64,000 nucleotides of DNA from Octopus sinensis (lineage: Eukaryota), in NCBI RefSeq assembly GCF_006345805.1, contig NC_043019.1:25419360-25483359 (forward strand), read 5' to 3'. Shown here in pieces: positions 1 through 13,190 of this stretch (the first letter of the stretch is position 1; every line of letters begins with the position of its first letter). The notes under the pieces are model-generated. The model was not told where the DNA came from. It made no database searches and saw nothing but the letters and a program-made list of their open reading frames with translations. A program made the translations under genes and the position numbers.

Positions 1-203
1 TGGTTCATCTGAGAGAGAGAGAGAAAGAAAGAGAGAGAGAGCGAGCGAGCGAGTGAGTCACACTCAGTGAAGGCCTATCTCCTTACCCATTGTTACACCA
101 CTTCCCTTCTAACAGAACATATTTACATTGGGATGGTTCTCTTGCAGTACACTACAGCAACCTCACTGCTACTGTGTTGGTTATGTTTAATATAAGTTAA
201 CCA

Positions 204-206
204 GTG

Positions 207-241
<35 letters not shown>

Positions 242-518
242 CACACACTCACATGCACACACACACACATATACACCTATACAACTTTGTTTTCTCTCTG
301 TAAAAGTTTGTATTTACATTCCTGTGTTTGTATATATGCTTATGTATATATGTGTGTGTGTGCGCGCGTATAGGAATATATGTTTATGGCAATATGCCTG
401 CATCACGAAGTGGACATTTTACACACAAATATAAATATATATATACATACATATATATATACATGTCTATAACACACACACACACATATGTATAAATATA
501 TACATACATACATACACT

Positions 519-554
<36 letters not shown>

Positions 555-863
555 CTCATAATCTATATTTATCATCTAATGTTCACTTGTTCTGCAAGTG
601 TGTGTGTGTGTGTGTGTATATATATACACTCACAATCTATATTTATCATTTAATGTTCACTTGTTCTGCAAGCATGTTGCGTTTATATGTGTGTCTATTT
701 ATGTGTGCGTGTGTGTGTGTGTGTATACACATACGCACAAACACATATATATGCATACACACAAACACACACTTATATCGACATACCCACTGAAAGAAAG
801 GTAAATATAGATATACTTGTGTATGTTTGCATGTCAATCTATATCTGTATATATATATATATA

Positions 864-900
<37 letters not shown>

Positions 901-1620
901 AATGAATATACATAGTTAGTTATTAGTCACTGCTGTAGTTGTATTGATTTTGTCTCATTGAAGTTCTTTCATAGCAACCATTCCACCAATTCCACCCCCA
1001 CCCCCCACTCCACCCTTCCCATGGATCTTTTCAACAATTCACCAATTTAGATTCCAGTGGATTCCTGTTTTTCTTTTTACGCTCCTCACTACTCCACACC
1101 ACACACCTCTCCTCTCTCTCTTGATTATTGTTCATGCTGTTGTTGTTATTGTTTTGAAGATTTGTCTTAGAAGCTACTCATCAACAGTTGTTTTGTTTTG
1201 ATTCTTATTCTTCTCACCCCTACTCTCTTCCCACCCCTCCTCTCACACACACACACACACACAAATGTTGCATACACACACTCATTCTTACATATACACA
1301 CACACACATACACATACTTTCTTACATACACACACATACATACATATTCAAATACACACATGCTCTCTCACACACACAATCTTGCATGCGCGCACACACA
1401 CACACACACTCTTGTACACGCGCATTCTCACACATACATACTCTTTCACATACGCACACACACTTATGCATGCACATCCCTTACATACATGCATGCATAC
1501 CATCTTACACATCCTCTATGTATACGTAGCTATACAACTATACACACACATCCATGCATAGATATGCACACACATCCATTCAGTCATTCCAACACACACA
1601 CACACACAAGCCATGTTGGC
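204..1620. repeat. Compound (CA)n/(AT)n/(TG)n microsatellite region, including a short tandem duplication at about 553-672
   Basis: Dinucleotide runs seen directly. tatactca(t/c)aatctatatttatcat(c/t)taatgttcacttgttctgcaag occurs twice. Confidence 0.95.
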
Positions 1621-2299
1621 ATGTGTCTCCTTTTCATTAGATAGATGTTATGCTTATATTACAGAAATCCCAAGATATTTCATGCTAAACATTCAAAACC
1701 AGTCAAGTGGAACTGTTTTTGTGTGGGTGTTTGTTGCAGTCAATGGAACAGTGACAGGGCCACCTTTTACATGCACACATACTTCCAATGGCATAAAAGG
1801 GGCCCTTTTTTTCTCCAAAAGAGTGTCTCAAAAATTTCCTCCTGGGTCCTTTATGCGAGATTGCTTTAAATATTACATGCTTTAATGCACTTAAAACCCC
1901 TTTTTCTCTTAACATATGTTGTTGAAATTGGGATGCATCTAAAATGCACATGCATCTATAATGCCATTAGATATGGTCTGTGTTTACACTGTCTTTTATC
2001 CAGTTGCATCCTTGGCAGAATGAGCAGGAACACCTGTGCTGGGGCAGGTTTTTTTTGTGGAGAATTCTGGTTCCGCTAATACATGTACCCTATGTCTGTT
2101 CATAGTGATGGTGATGGTCTAGTTGGTAAAAGAAGCAAAAAACACAAACAAATCCCAAAGGGTATTGGATTCATAGACATCTCCTTATTTTCCAATTACA
2201 AGGCCAATATCAACACAAAGTGTAATGGAATATGTAAAATATAATCTTTGGTTTTCCTCTGCTGTCTCCTATGATGGAAATCCTCATTGATAGAAATTC

Positions 2300-2420
2300 A
2301 TAAAGGTTGGGATGTGTACACATGATGGACAACAGTAGACTTCCCAGGCAACTCTTTTACTCCCATCTACAGAAAGGAATAAGAAACCATGGAAGACTGA
2401 GATTCAGACACATACATGGT
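2300..2420 (+). mobile_element. RTE-clade LINE 3' coding relic
   Basis: Translates to VHMMDNSRLPRQLFYSHLQKGIRNHGRLRFR, like the RTE C-terminal GHV.RM.D.R.P.QL.Y..L..G.R..GR motif. Confidence 0.65.
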
Positions 2421-2544
2421 GAACATCTTTCAGTTTCTGTCTACCAGTTCCACTCACATGGCTTTGGTCAGCTCAAGGCTGTAGACTATAGAAGAAAAAT
2501 ATTCACCTGAGGTGCCACACAGCAGCACAGAATCCACTGACACA

Positions 2545-3030
2545 CCATCATCATCATCATCATTTAATATCCACTTTCCATGCTAGCATGGGTTGGACGA
2601 TTTGACTGAGGACTGACGAACCAGATGGCTGCACCAGGCCCCAATCTGATCTGGCAGTGTTTCTACAGCTGGATGTCCTTCCTAACGCCAACCACTCCGA
2701 GAGTATAGTGGGTGCTTTTACGTGCCAGTCAAGCGGTACTGGCAACAGCTACACTCAAGTGGTGTTTTTTACATGACACCAGCACAGTCCAGCGGCACTG
2801 ACAACAATCTCGCTTGAATGCTTTTCACGTGCCACCAGCACAAGTGTCAGTAAGGTGATGCTGGTAACGATCATGTTTGAATGGTGCTTTTTACGTGCCA
2901 TTGGCACAGAGAGCCAATCAGGCGGCACTGGCATCAGCCACAACTACAATTTCCATTTGATTGTGATTTGATTTTTGATTTTGATTTTACTTGACTCAAT
3001 AAGTCTCCTCAAGCATGGCGTGTCGATAAA
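2545..3030 (-). mobile_element. SINE/LINE-tail repeat with (GAT)n tail (cagctggatgcccttcctaacgccaacc family)
   Basis: Same family recurs at about 20150-20620, 41380-41635, 48130-48260, 54265-54580, 57505-57670 and 57755-58060. Confidence 0.8.
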
Positions 3031-4059
3031 ATAAATACCAGTTGGATATTGGGGTTAATGTAATCGACTTACCTGCTTCTCTAAAACTGGTGGCCTTGTG
3101 CCAAACTTTGAAATCAATATTCTCAAAAGAAACACAAGATTAAAACACATTGAAGCAGCGTCTCTACCCAAATTCTTCCAAACAGTCCCAGACAGATATT
3201 TCTATATAAGGGCATGTCTGATTAAACAATGATTCGTTGCTTGAATGAGCAATGGAGATGATGTTTAGAGAAAAATTTTGCTAATTAGCAGGTGCTATTC
3301 TTAGCTATATCCTTGACCACCACATTCTGAGGTAGAGACAATGGTCTCTGCTGCAGCTAAGATCGGGGTTTGGGTGGGAGAAAGAAAGAGATTCTGACAC
3401 CATTCAATATTAATTATATTGTTGGTTTATATAGACAGCAAAAAATGACAAGCATACATTGTTTCTGTGGCATATGCACACACACACACACACAGACGTG
3501 TGCACACACATGCACACACTATCTCTCTTTCACTCACACACATGTGTGCACTCTCTCTCTCTCTCTCTGTGATAGTCAGAAGATTTGTTGATCACACAAA
3601 GACCTCATTGCAAAGAAGTCTGAGATTTAGCCTTGAATTTCCACAGCAGTTAATTTATCAATACATCTGTATAGTAGAGAATACGGAGGTGCGTGGCTTA
3701 GTGGTTCGGGTGTTGGACTCATAATTGTAAGATTGTGGTTTTGATCCCTGGACTGGGAGATAGCTTGTGGTTTTTAGCAAGACATTTCATTTCACATTGT
3801 TCCAGTTCACCCAACTGATAAAGTAAGTAACCTTGTGATAAACCAGCATCCTATCCAGGGAGGAATATAGGTGTCCGAGAAACTGGGTAACTGGCTCTAT
3901 GCTCCTTACTAAGTAAGGCAGACTAACCATCGTAGATAATTATGATGATGGCATTAATTGAAATCTCTAAACAATGCATAAAATCCAAATGAATTTTGTT
4001 GTGATAATCATAAATTTGTTGTAATTTCTAACATTCTTTGTATTTTGGAATTATTTTAG

Positions 4060-4181
4060 GATTTAATGGAGAATTCTCAAGGACAGTACATTGCCTTGGA
4101 GAAGAAAATGCAAGGAGATTATTCCATTTTGGAGAAAAAATACCATAAAGCCAAAAAGTTGATCAAAGAATTTCAACAGAG
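4060..4181 (+). CDS. Spn/PPP1R9: Neurabin/spinophilin orthologue, coiled-coil exon (DLMENSQGQYIALEKKMQGDYSILEKKYHKAKKLIKEFQQ-R)
   Basis: ttattttag acceptor, GTAAGT donor, phase 0 to 2. LEKKYHKAKKLIKEFQQ resembles the neurabin/spinophilin coiled-coil motif (vertebrate LERKYSKAKRLIKDYQQ, recalled). Confidence 0.93.
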
Positions 4182-4853
4182 GTAAGTTATTGTCTACGGT
4201 TGCTTTGACTTGGGGGTGGGTAAGTGTGTCACAGAGGGTAGATGTGTAGATGTTCATACTGGTCAGATCCAGCATCTCACACCTACCTTACAATGTCATT
4301 CTGAAAATAAACACCTTCATCATTGAAATCGCAAAGCTACGAAGCTACAAGATAATGCATGATTAATTCAAAACAAAACAATGAGAATAAGTAAGCGTTA
4401 CAGTTCACGGAATAATCCTGATCGTTAAAGGGTTAATCTTGGCTGCATTGGAAACAGACATTACCAATTGCTTTAACAATTCTTCACTATCTGCTAAATA
4501 TAAATTCTTTCTTTACCATTTGTTGTATCTATCACTATGATATATTTTATCAATGGGAATTTTTATGGCCATGGAAGTAGAACCGATTCCTGATTCTTAA
4601 TGAGCTTCACATGGCTGGTGTCTTTTGATAAGCAATCATTGTTGATGGATTTCTTTCTTTCGGCTTTGGTTGAGTTATTGAACCACGGCAAATGTCCAGT
4701 GCTTTTCTGGAATCAATGTTGGTGGTTGTTAGGAGAATTCAATGTAGGTTTCGCAGCAAGACTTTTCGACTTATTCACACACACACACACACACACACAC
4801 ATGCAAACACATGCTTAAACATATATCTACAGGCACATGCATAGAAACACATG

Positions 4854-4886
<33 letters not shown>

Positions 4887-5417
4887 AGAGTTACAAACAC
4901 ATGCTCATACAAACACACACAAACATGCTTAAGTATGTATCTGCATGCATATGCATATAAACACAGCCCTACACACATGTATATATATATATATAGTTAC
5001 AAACAGATGCATATACAAATACATATATAGTTACAAACACACACACACACACACACAAATATGCATACACACACACACAAAATCATATACAGACCCATAC
5101 AAAAGCATATAGGCATATACAGATTGATAAATGCACACTCAGAAATATGTACACACATTCATACCAACATATACAACACACACACGTGCACACACTGGGT
5201 ACTCCTCAATGCTCTTTTTTATGATGGTATTAAACTCTGAGTTTGTGTGGACTGAGTATCTCTTTGACTAAAAAGGTTAAACTTTGTTGCTATGGCAACG
5301 TGATGACTCAATGAAATTTTCGCAGAATCTCTCTCTCTCTCTCCCCCCTGTCCCTCCTCCTCCCCACTCTCTATGTTGAATATAAATTTGAAGTGGAATT
5401 TTTTTGTGTTTTTCCAG

Positions 5418-5514
5418 AGAGAAGGACTTTATCCAGGAACGAGAATCGTTATTGCAGCAACAGGCAGAACGTGATCAACAATATAATGCTTTAGTGAAAT
5501 CTTTGAAGGACAGA
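5418..5514 (+). CDS. Spn/PPP1R9: Neurabin/spinophilin coiled-coil exon (R-EKDFIQERESLLQQQAERDQQYNALVKSLKDR)
   Basis: ttttccag acceptor, GTAAGT donor, phase 2 to 0. YNALVKSLKDR resembles Drosophila Spn YNALVKKLKDR (recalled). Confidence 0.93.
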
Positions 5515-5631
5515 GTAAGTTTCTGATGTTACAAACTTTCTTCAATGGTTATTTCACTTCAGAAAGTTTAAAGTTGTTAGCTCTTTTTTTCATAAACCTT
5601 GAGCTTTTTTTTTAAACTCATCCCAGTTAAT

Positions 5632-5857
5632 CACAAAAGCCGTTCGATTCACTTCAACATTTAAGTTTAATTTGTCAAAATATTTTCGCCGCTTTAAGAC
5701 CGCGACCTGTTCACTGACAAAAATCCGTGCTGCATCTCGGATTTTTGTCAGTGCTGCAGCACGGATTTTTGTCATTGAACAGGTCGCGGTCTTAAAGCGA
5801 CGAAAATATTTTGACAAATTAAACTTAAATGTTGAAGTGAATCGAACGGCTTTTGTG
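5632..5857. mobile_element. Fold-back element (about 103-bp inverted arms, 20-nt spacer), probable Penelope-like pseudo-LTR remnant
   Basis: 5632-5734 is the reverse complement of 5755-5857 with about 2 mismatches. Each arm carries a hammerhead-like motif. Confidence 0.75.
5671..5721 (-). ncRNA. Minimal type-I hammerhead ribozyme motif, G3:C8 variant
   Basis: Minus strand reads TTTGTCA-GTGAACA-G-GTCGC-ggtcttaaa-GCGGC-GAAA-ATATTT-TGACAAA: 7-bp helix I, 5-bp helix II, palindromic AATATT helix III. Confidence 0.65.
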
Positions 5858-6066
5858 TGTTTCTTAAATGGCTTACAAACACATTCCACGCTGCAATTGT
5901 TTTCGTTTCAGCACACAATTTCAGATCAAATCACTTGCTATGCAAATACATCTCAGTTAATCTCCTTCAGTAAAATCTTAATGATATTTTTGAACCCTCT
6001 TTCGTAGTGCTGTCATCTTCCTTTACAGGCTGTTTTTTAATTTTATCATTTTTCTTTCTCCATCAG

Positions 6067-6217
6067 ATATTCCAACTGGAACATGATTTAGCAGAAACAC
6101 AAAAAGCTGCAGGATTACCTGTGGCCATACCTAAAGAATCTGGTTCTCCCAGTAACCAACGGGTTGAGAAAACCGTTGTTACCATGGGGAACCCAACAAG
6201 TTTACCAAAGTCACCCG
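6067..6217 (+). CDS. Spn/PPP1R9: Neurabin/spinophilin exon, end of coiled coil (IFQLEHDLAETQKAAGLPVAIPKESGSPSNQRVEKTVVTMGNPTSLPKSP)
   Basis: tttctccatcag acceptor, GTAAGT donor, phase 0 to 1. LEHDLAETQKAAGLP resembles Spn LEHELQETQRKAGFP (recalled). Lies within ORF 6007..6288. Confidence 0.92.
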
Positions 6218-7447
6218 GTAAGTCTCTGTTGTCTGTCATGTTGTTGCTTGCAATGAAAGAAACAACTCCAAGGTCCAAAATCTCTTGAAGTGAGGGTTAA
6301 AAGAGGTGAAAAATCTCTTGGGTAGGGAGATGTTTAGCCTTCCAACAATTCCATTTAAGATTTCAATTGTTTTCATGAGGTATGTAGAGCAAATGCCATC
6401 TCCCTCATAGGATACAATTGGACATGGAAAGATGTTCCAAAGAAAACATTTGTTGATTTATAAAATGTTCTCATTGATGAATCTAAAAGTATGTTCTACC
6501 ACCCCATGGTACTTATTTTCTCTTAGATTGACTGAATTAGCTATTCAACAGTTAAATTATCTTCACCGTGGACAAGGAGTAATGTAGCGTCTGATGGGAT
6601 GTGAACCATTAACTCTTTGATTGGCAGCCTAGTGTTCTATATGACTCAGTCAGGTCTAACTGCCACTTGACTAATTGACATAAAGTCACTTATACTAGTC
6701 CCATCCACTGGCCCACAATATTGCTCAGTTTCCTTTCTTTGTCTTTTTCAGCAGCTACCGTTATGGCCTCTGCTCCTCAGAACTGACTGACTCGTACCAC
6801 TTCCACTTAAGAATTCCTAACCCTGTGTCATCTCTCCTCCTCTCATCACTACTGTTGTGTCCAGACCCTTCCCAAACCACAGTCCTTTCTTCCCAGAATG
6901 GTGGCACTCTTTGGAGTTTCCTGCTTGTTCATATCATTTCCATAGGTGTTGACTTAAAAAACGTCCACGAAGAACTTTATTAATACCACCCTCGCTAGTC
7001 TAGGAAGGACTGCAGAAGGCTATGAAACGATTATTCTGTTCATTCCATTTTCTTCTTGTCTAAATTTTCATATCACACACACTCACACACTCTTTCTCTT
7101 CTTACTCCTTCACAACAAAAGGTGATGTATCAGGAAGCTGCTTGTTTCTTTTTTTATCTTAAACCATTACTGTTGTATTCTTTTGATGTTTGTGTACTGG
7201 TGCTTGGACAGAAATCTCATAATATTCACAAGGAGGGATTCTTAGACTGGAGACTGAAAAAGGCTATTTTGGCCTGGGTCACCACCAAGAGAAGACCTTA
7301 TAAGACTAATTTTTATATATAATATATATAATTATATTTTCTTGTAAACTATTCTTTCAATATAACTTTATATACTAATTGTAAGATTTTAACTTTTCCT
7401 TTTTAACAGGGGTTTAAGTTTGATTTAGCAGGGCTTCAGCTCATACA

Positions 7448-7484
<37 letters not shown>

Positions 7485-8169
7485 GCATATACTCACATAC
7501 ACATGTGTAAATATTTAGGCTCTGTGTGTATGTGTTTATCTGTGTGTGTATGTATGTGTATTTATGTATGGTTATTTCCGAAGTCCGAAGTCCTGCTAAA
7601 TGTCAACCTGAAGAGAATGGTGGCAGTGGTGACAGGGTGTGGGGGAGGAGGTCTGTCTGTTCATTATTTCTGTCTCATCTCCAAGTGTTTTCATCTTACT
7701 CCCATTTGGGCACACTTGCCCTCATCACACAACTCATAAGCCCCTCTCCTCTGCCCCCTTAAGTACCTGTTCCAAACCGCTACTAATATCAATCAGATTT
7801 AATTAACCTCTTGACTTCACAGAACTCTTGATCCTTTCATCAATCAATCAGTCTTTCATCAATCAGTTGGTTGACCCTTTAATCACCCACCTTATATGCT
7901 TGGTTCATTTTGGCTTCAGTATTACTTAAAAGCTTACTCCCATGAGTCACTTGGGTTGCATGGGTTAACAGTGACATATTCAGGTGAGCTGCTGATAAAG
8001 TTTGTTCTGCATGGTTTTAACAGCTTCAAGCTTTCACTAGAAATTCGAATTTTCTTTCTTCTTACCGGTTTCAGCCTTGGTTTGCTTCATTTTCATTCTT
8101 CTATGTCTCACAATTTTCTTTTTTGCTCTACGAACACCTGTGACTTGTTTTTTTAATTATAACATAACT

Positions 8170-8670
8170 CTTTAGCATTTAAACCAACCATATTCAGCCC
8201 AACTATTCCACCTGTTTAATGTTCAAACTGGCCAGATCGGGTTTCTCGCACCTACCCTGCAATGTCATTCTAAAAAATAAACATTCACATCATTGAAATC
8301 TCATAGCTATGACGATGAGGATTTCCAGTCGATCCAATCAATGGAACAATCTGCTCGTAAAATTAACGTGCAAGTGGCTGAGTACTCCACAAACACGTGT
8401 ACACTTAAAATAGCTTCTAGGGAGATTCAGCATGACACAGAATGTGGCAAGGTTGGCCCCTTTGAAATACAGATATTACTCATTTTTTTGCCAGCTGAGT
8501 GAACTGGAGCAATGTGAAATAAAGTGTCTTGCTCAAGGACACAAAACATTGCCAGGAATTGAACCTATGACCTTGCAATTGTGAACTGAATACCCTAACC
8601 ACTAAGCCACACGCCTTCACATAGGTATGAGATAATGCACGATTAATTCAAAGCAATGTGAATAAATAAG
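8170..8670. mobile_element. piggyBac-type MITE interrupted by a minus-strand tRNA-derived SINE (about 8345-8622)
   Basis: MITE halves match the 18860-19072 family. The nested SINE is the reverse complement of the 24222-24540 family. Confidence 0.7.
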
Positions 8671-9715
8671 CATGGGTGCCGGCCTGGCTATGTGGGTAAG
8701 AAGCTTGCTTCCAGGCCTTATGGTTTTTGGTTCAGTCCCACTGCATGGCACCTCGAGCAAATGACCTCTGCTATAGCCTCAGGCCAACCAAAGCCTTGTG
8801 AATGGATTCAGTAGGGGGAAGTTCCATTGTGTGTGTGTGAAAGTGCTTGTGTGTCCTTGAATAGGTTGGAGGGAAAACATTTGACAAAGTAATCTGAATT
8901 CTAAGGATGTTAAGCTCCCTGGCCCATCATTAATTCTTATGATTTTGTATTTTCATTGCTGTTTTATTCACATTCAAATGCAATGTTGAGTTCACAGTTG
9001 TCCTTTTCATTCTTCTGAGGTTGATGATTAAATTATAGATACCTGAAACGTACTTGTGTTGAGCCAATTAATTGTCCTGCCAACCTAAACAAAAATATGG
9101 TTTTCTTCTTATTTAGCAGGGACTGGATTGGCTGAATCATTAGGGAGTCAGAAAAAAATGTCTTTAGATTCTAAGTTCAAATCTTGCTGAGGTCAACTTT
9201 GCTTTTCATCCTTTTGGGTCAATTAAATAAAGTATCTGTCAAGTGCAGAGGTTGTTGATTGTCACTGCCCCTAAATATTACAGGTGTTCTGATGAAGGTT
9301 AATTGATGAGTTCTTTGTTAACTTGCAATGCAGCACTGACTCTGAATTTTCTCCTGAGTCTGAAGAAGGCTGCAAGAAGCAACCCCCGGAGGGAATTTTT
9401 CTTTCAATTTCAAATCCTGACAACAGAAGTATTAAGTGTTACCCTAATGACCCAACCCACTCAATATAGATTGCCAGAACATGATTAACTTTCTAGAAAA
9501 TATCCAACGAAACACCCTTTACAAAATCTTGTGCAGACAATTCTTTAATTTTAGAACAAAACCCATATTGAGCTCTGTTACTAAAGTGTCTTGCTCAATA
9601 CAATACAATAACTTGCTTCAAATCCTGTATATTACTTTCTATTTATTATGGACTGTCTTCAGCTGTTCCATTTATTATAGAGTTTTTATTTTATGATACA
9701 GAAGCATAAAAAGTT

Positions 9716-10375
9716 TTGTTGTGTCTGGGGAGAGTCATTCTCTTTTAGTGCCTTATTATTTAACACACTCGACAAGCTGGCAGAATCGTTAGCACGCCAG
9801 GTGAAATGCCTAGCGGTATTTTGTCTGCTGTTACGTTCTGAGTTTAAATTCCACTGAGGTCAACTTTGCCTTTCATCCTTTCAGGGTTGATTAAATAAGT
9901 ACCAGTTATGCACTGGGGTCAATGTAATCGACTTAACCCTTTTGTCTGCCCTTGTTTGCCCTTTTTATGTTTAGCCTCCTGTGGGCAGTAAAGAAATAAT
10001 TATTTAACACACTCACTGGTAAAGTTTCCACTTATTTATTTTTTCCTAATATTTCATTGCATCTTGCAACCTCTTCAATAGTTGTTAACTCTGTCTGTTA
10101 TCCAAGCTGCGTCCTTTTTGTTTGTTTGTTTGGGTGAAGAGCGCAGCAAGAATGCAGCTTGGTTAACAGACAGTTAACAACCATTGAAGAGGTTGCAAAA
10201 CGCAATGAAAGTTTTAGGAAAAATAAATAAATAAATGAGTGGAAACTTTACTGGTGTGTGTGTTAAATAATAAGGCACTAAACGAGAATGACTCTCCCCA
10301 GACACAACAAAATATGCTTCAACACACAAACTCACATAAAGAATCTTGCAAACCAAATCCAAAAATGAAACCTTA
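9716..10375. mobile_element. Fold-back element (same family as 38448-38742) with a SINE inserted at 9771-9998
   Basis: Inverted arms ttttgttgtgtctggggag...ctccccagacacaacaaaa. The SINE is flanked by a 16-bp TSD ATTATTTAACACACTC (9755-9770 and 9999-10014). Confidence 0.8.
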
Positions 10376-10540
10376 AAAGTGTTTCTGTTGGAAGTCTTTA
10401 TAGTGATGTGTTAGTTTATGTTAGGTAAACTGAGATTGCACCTCCAGGCTGTAGTTTGGTTTGGGTAGTTCTCCATCAATCGTATCTATCAGTTAAGAAA
10501 AGAAATGCTTTTTACTTTTGAAAACTTCTCTCATGTACAT

Positions 10541-10845
10541 CAGGGGTCTCCAACCACCAGCCATGGACCAATTCCAGGACATGGAGCATTTGGTGCCTGG
10601 TTGCACAGAAAGAATAGATTTTATAATTTTATTTCTATTTTATTAATTATTACAGCCTGCAGAGTTTTTTTTTTGGTATTATATATATATATATATATAT
10701 AATACAAAAAAAAAATTATATATGCAATAATTAAATAATTTTTATGCACTTTATTCTGCTTTGTTATGCATGTATTTCCTTGGTCTGTGGAAAAATTGTG
10801 TTGCATGAAACCAGCCCATGGTGCAATAATGGTTGGGAATCGCTG
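10541..10845. mobile_element. hAT-superfamily MITE
   Basis: Ends CAGGGGTCTCCAACC...GGTTGGGAATCGCTG with a perfect 8-bp TSD ATGTACAT (10533-10540 and 10846-10853). Confidence 0.85.
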
Positions 10846-13190
10846 ATGTACATCAACTGAAGAGTCAAAAGAATGAAGACATGCTCCATGTGTGTGTGTG
10901 CATTTACTGAAAATGTTATCCTGGTTAGTCAACCACTTTGGGGTATCTATAGAAATTTGTAATTTATAGTTGAAATTTTATAGAAACTAGAAAAGCATTG
11001 GAATTTCTGACTCCAGCACCAACCCCATCTACTTGCTTTCGTTGTGTTTCGGTTTTTTATATATATTTATATAGGTATTTTGTGTAGTTTTTATTCGTTT
11101 TGTTTCATTATTTAAAAAAAATATGTATATGTGTGTGAGCATGTTGTGTATGTTTATAATATAGTGTGTGTATATATATATAAAATATAGCTAAATATTT
11201 TTTGGGAGATCATTATTTTGTGTTGTGCTAATTTTGTTCCATTTCTTCACTATTAAAATCCATAACAAAAGTGTGTCAAACGTGTTGTAGAGGGAAAACA
11301 TTGTCCCTCCATAGTAAATAACCTAAAACAAGGAGGAAAAAGATAATGTTATTAGAAACCATTTAAAATGCTTGATAAATGTTTTAATATGTAGATATGT
11401 TTTAATATTTATTATCATGACTGGCTAAAATGCTTGGTTTTCAATCACAAGATCCCAGTTTCAATATAACATCATGGACCTGAGGCAAGGGTGTTTTACT
11501 ATAGATAACCCTGTGTTGACTGTAGTTCATGGAATGGAACTGGTTCAACAGAAACTGTGTGGAAGCTTGTTGAAAGAATTATACCTGTGGTTCAAAGAGC
11601 TAGCTTTGTCTCACACACACATACACACACACACAGTCTCACTATGAAGTTTGCCTGAGATGATACAAGTGTCTGTGGAATTTTCAGCCATTTGGGCAAT
11701 GATTCATTACGTATGTGGTTCCATTTGTCATGCCATTGGACTACTGGAATATTTGTTCTTTGAAATCAACGTAAGAATTCTTCATGTTATGAATAGATAA
11801 GATATTGGTATCCTAATGTGTAGTCTATGTATTGCTGCATGTAATTTCAATGAAAGTATTTATTTACTAACAACCAGTGTGATTGTCATGCAAATGAAGA
11901 TGTAGATATACACAAACATACATATATATATATATATATATATAATATATATATATATATTATATATATATATATAATACAAAAAAAAAATTATATATGC
12001 AATAATTAAATAATTTTTATGCACTTTATTCTGCTTTGTTATGCATGTATTTCCTTGGTCTGTGGAAAAATTGTGTTGCATGAAACCAGCCCATGGTGCA
12101 ATAATGGTTGGGAATCGCTGATGTACATCAACTGAAGAGTCAAAAGAATGAAGACATGCTCCATGTGTGTGTGTGCATTTACTGAAAATGTTATCCTGGT
12201 TAGTCAACCACTTTGGGGTATCTATAGAAATTTGTAATTTATAGTTGAAATTTTATAGAAACTAGAAAAGCATTGGAATTTCTGACTCCAGCACCAACCC
12301 CATCTACTTGCTTTCGTTGTGTTTCGGTTTTTTATATATATTTATATAGGTATTTTGTGTAGTTTTTATTCGTTTTGTTTCATTATTTAAAAAAAATATG
12401 TATATGTGTGTGAGCATGTTGTGTATGTTTATAATATAGTGTGTGTATATATATATAAAATATAGCTAAATATTTTTTGGGAGATCATTATTTTGTGTTG
12501 TGCTAATTTTGTTCCATTTCTTCACTATTAAAATCCATAACAAAAGTGTGTCAAACGTGTTGTAGAGGGAAAACATTGTCCCTCCATAGTAAATAACCTA
12601 AAACAAGGAGGAAAAAGATAATGTTATTAGAAACCATTTAAAATGCTTGATAAATGTTTTAATATGTAGATATGTTTTAATATTTATTATCATGACTGGC
12701 TAAAATGCTTGGTTTTCAATCACAAGATCCCAGTTTCAATATAACATCATGGACCTGAGGCAAGGGTGTTTTACTATAGATAACCCTGTGTTGACTGTAG
12801 TTCATGGAATGGAACTGGTTCAACAGAAACTGTGTGGAAGCTTGTTGAAAGAATTATACCTGTGGTTCAAAGAGCTAGCTTTGTCTCACACACACATACA
12901 CACACACACAGTCTCACTATGAAGTTTGCCTGAGATGATACAAGTGTCTGTGGAATTTTCAGCCATTTGGGCAATGATTCATTACGTATGTGGTTCCATT
13001 TGTCATGCCATTGGACTACTGGAATATTTGTTCTTTGAAATCAACGTAAGAATTCTTCATGTTATGAATAGATAAGATATTGGTATCCTAATGTGTAGTC
13101 TATGTATTGCTGCATGTAATTTCAATGAAAGTATTTATTTACTAACAACCAGTGTGATTGTCATGCAAATGAAGATGTAGATATACACAA

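Noticed and set aside
204-1644. Many ORFs rich in HT/IY/CV repeats (also 38640-39570, 49958-50640, 60831-61212)
   Set aside because: They are translations of (CA)n/(AT)n/(TG)n microsatellites, with no protein signal.
5590-6007. Mirror-image ORFs on both strands (99 and 111 aa)
   Set aside because: Artefact of the inverted repeat.
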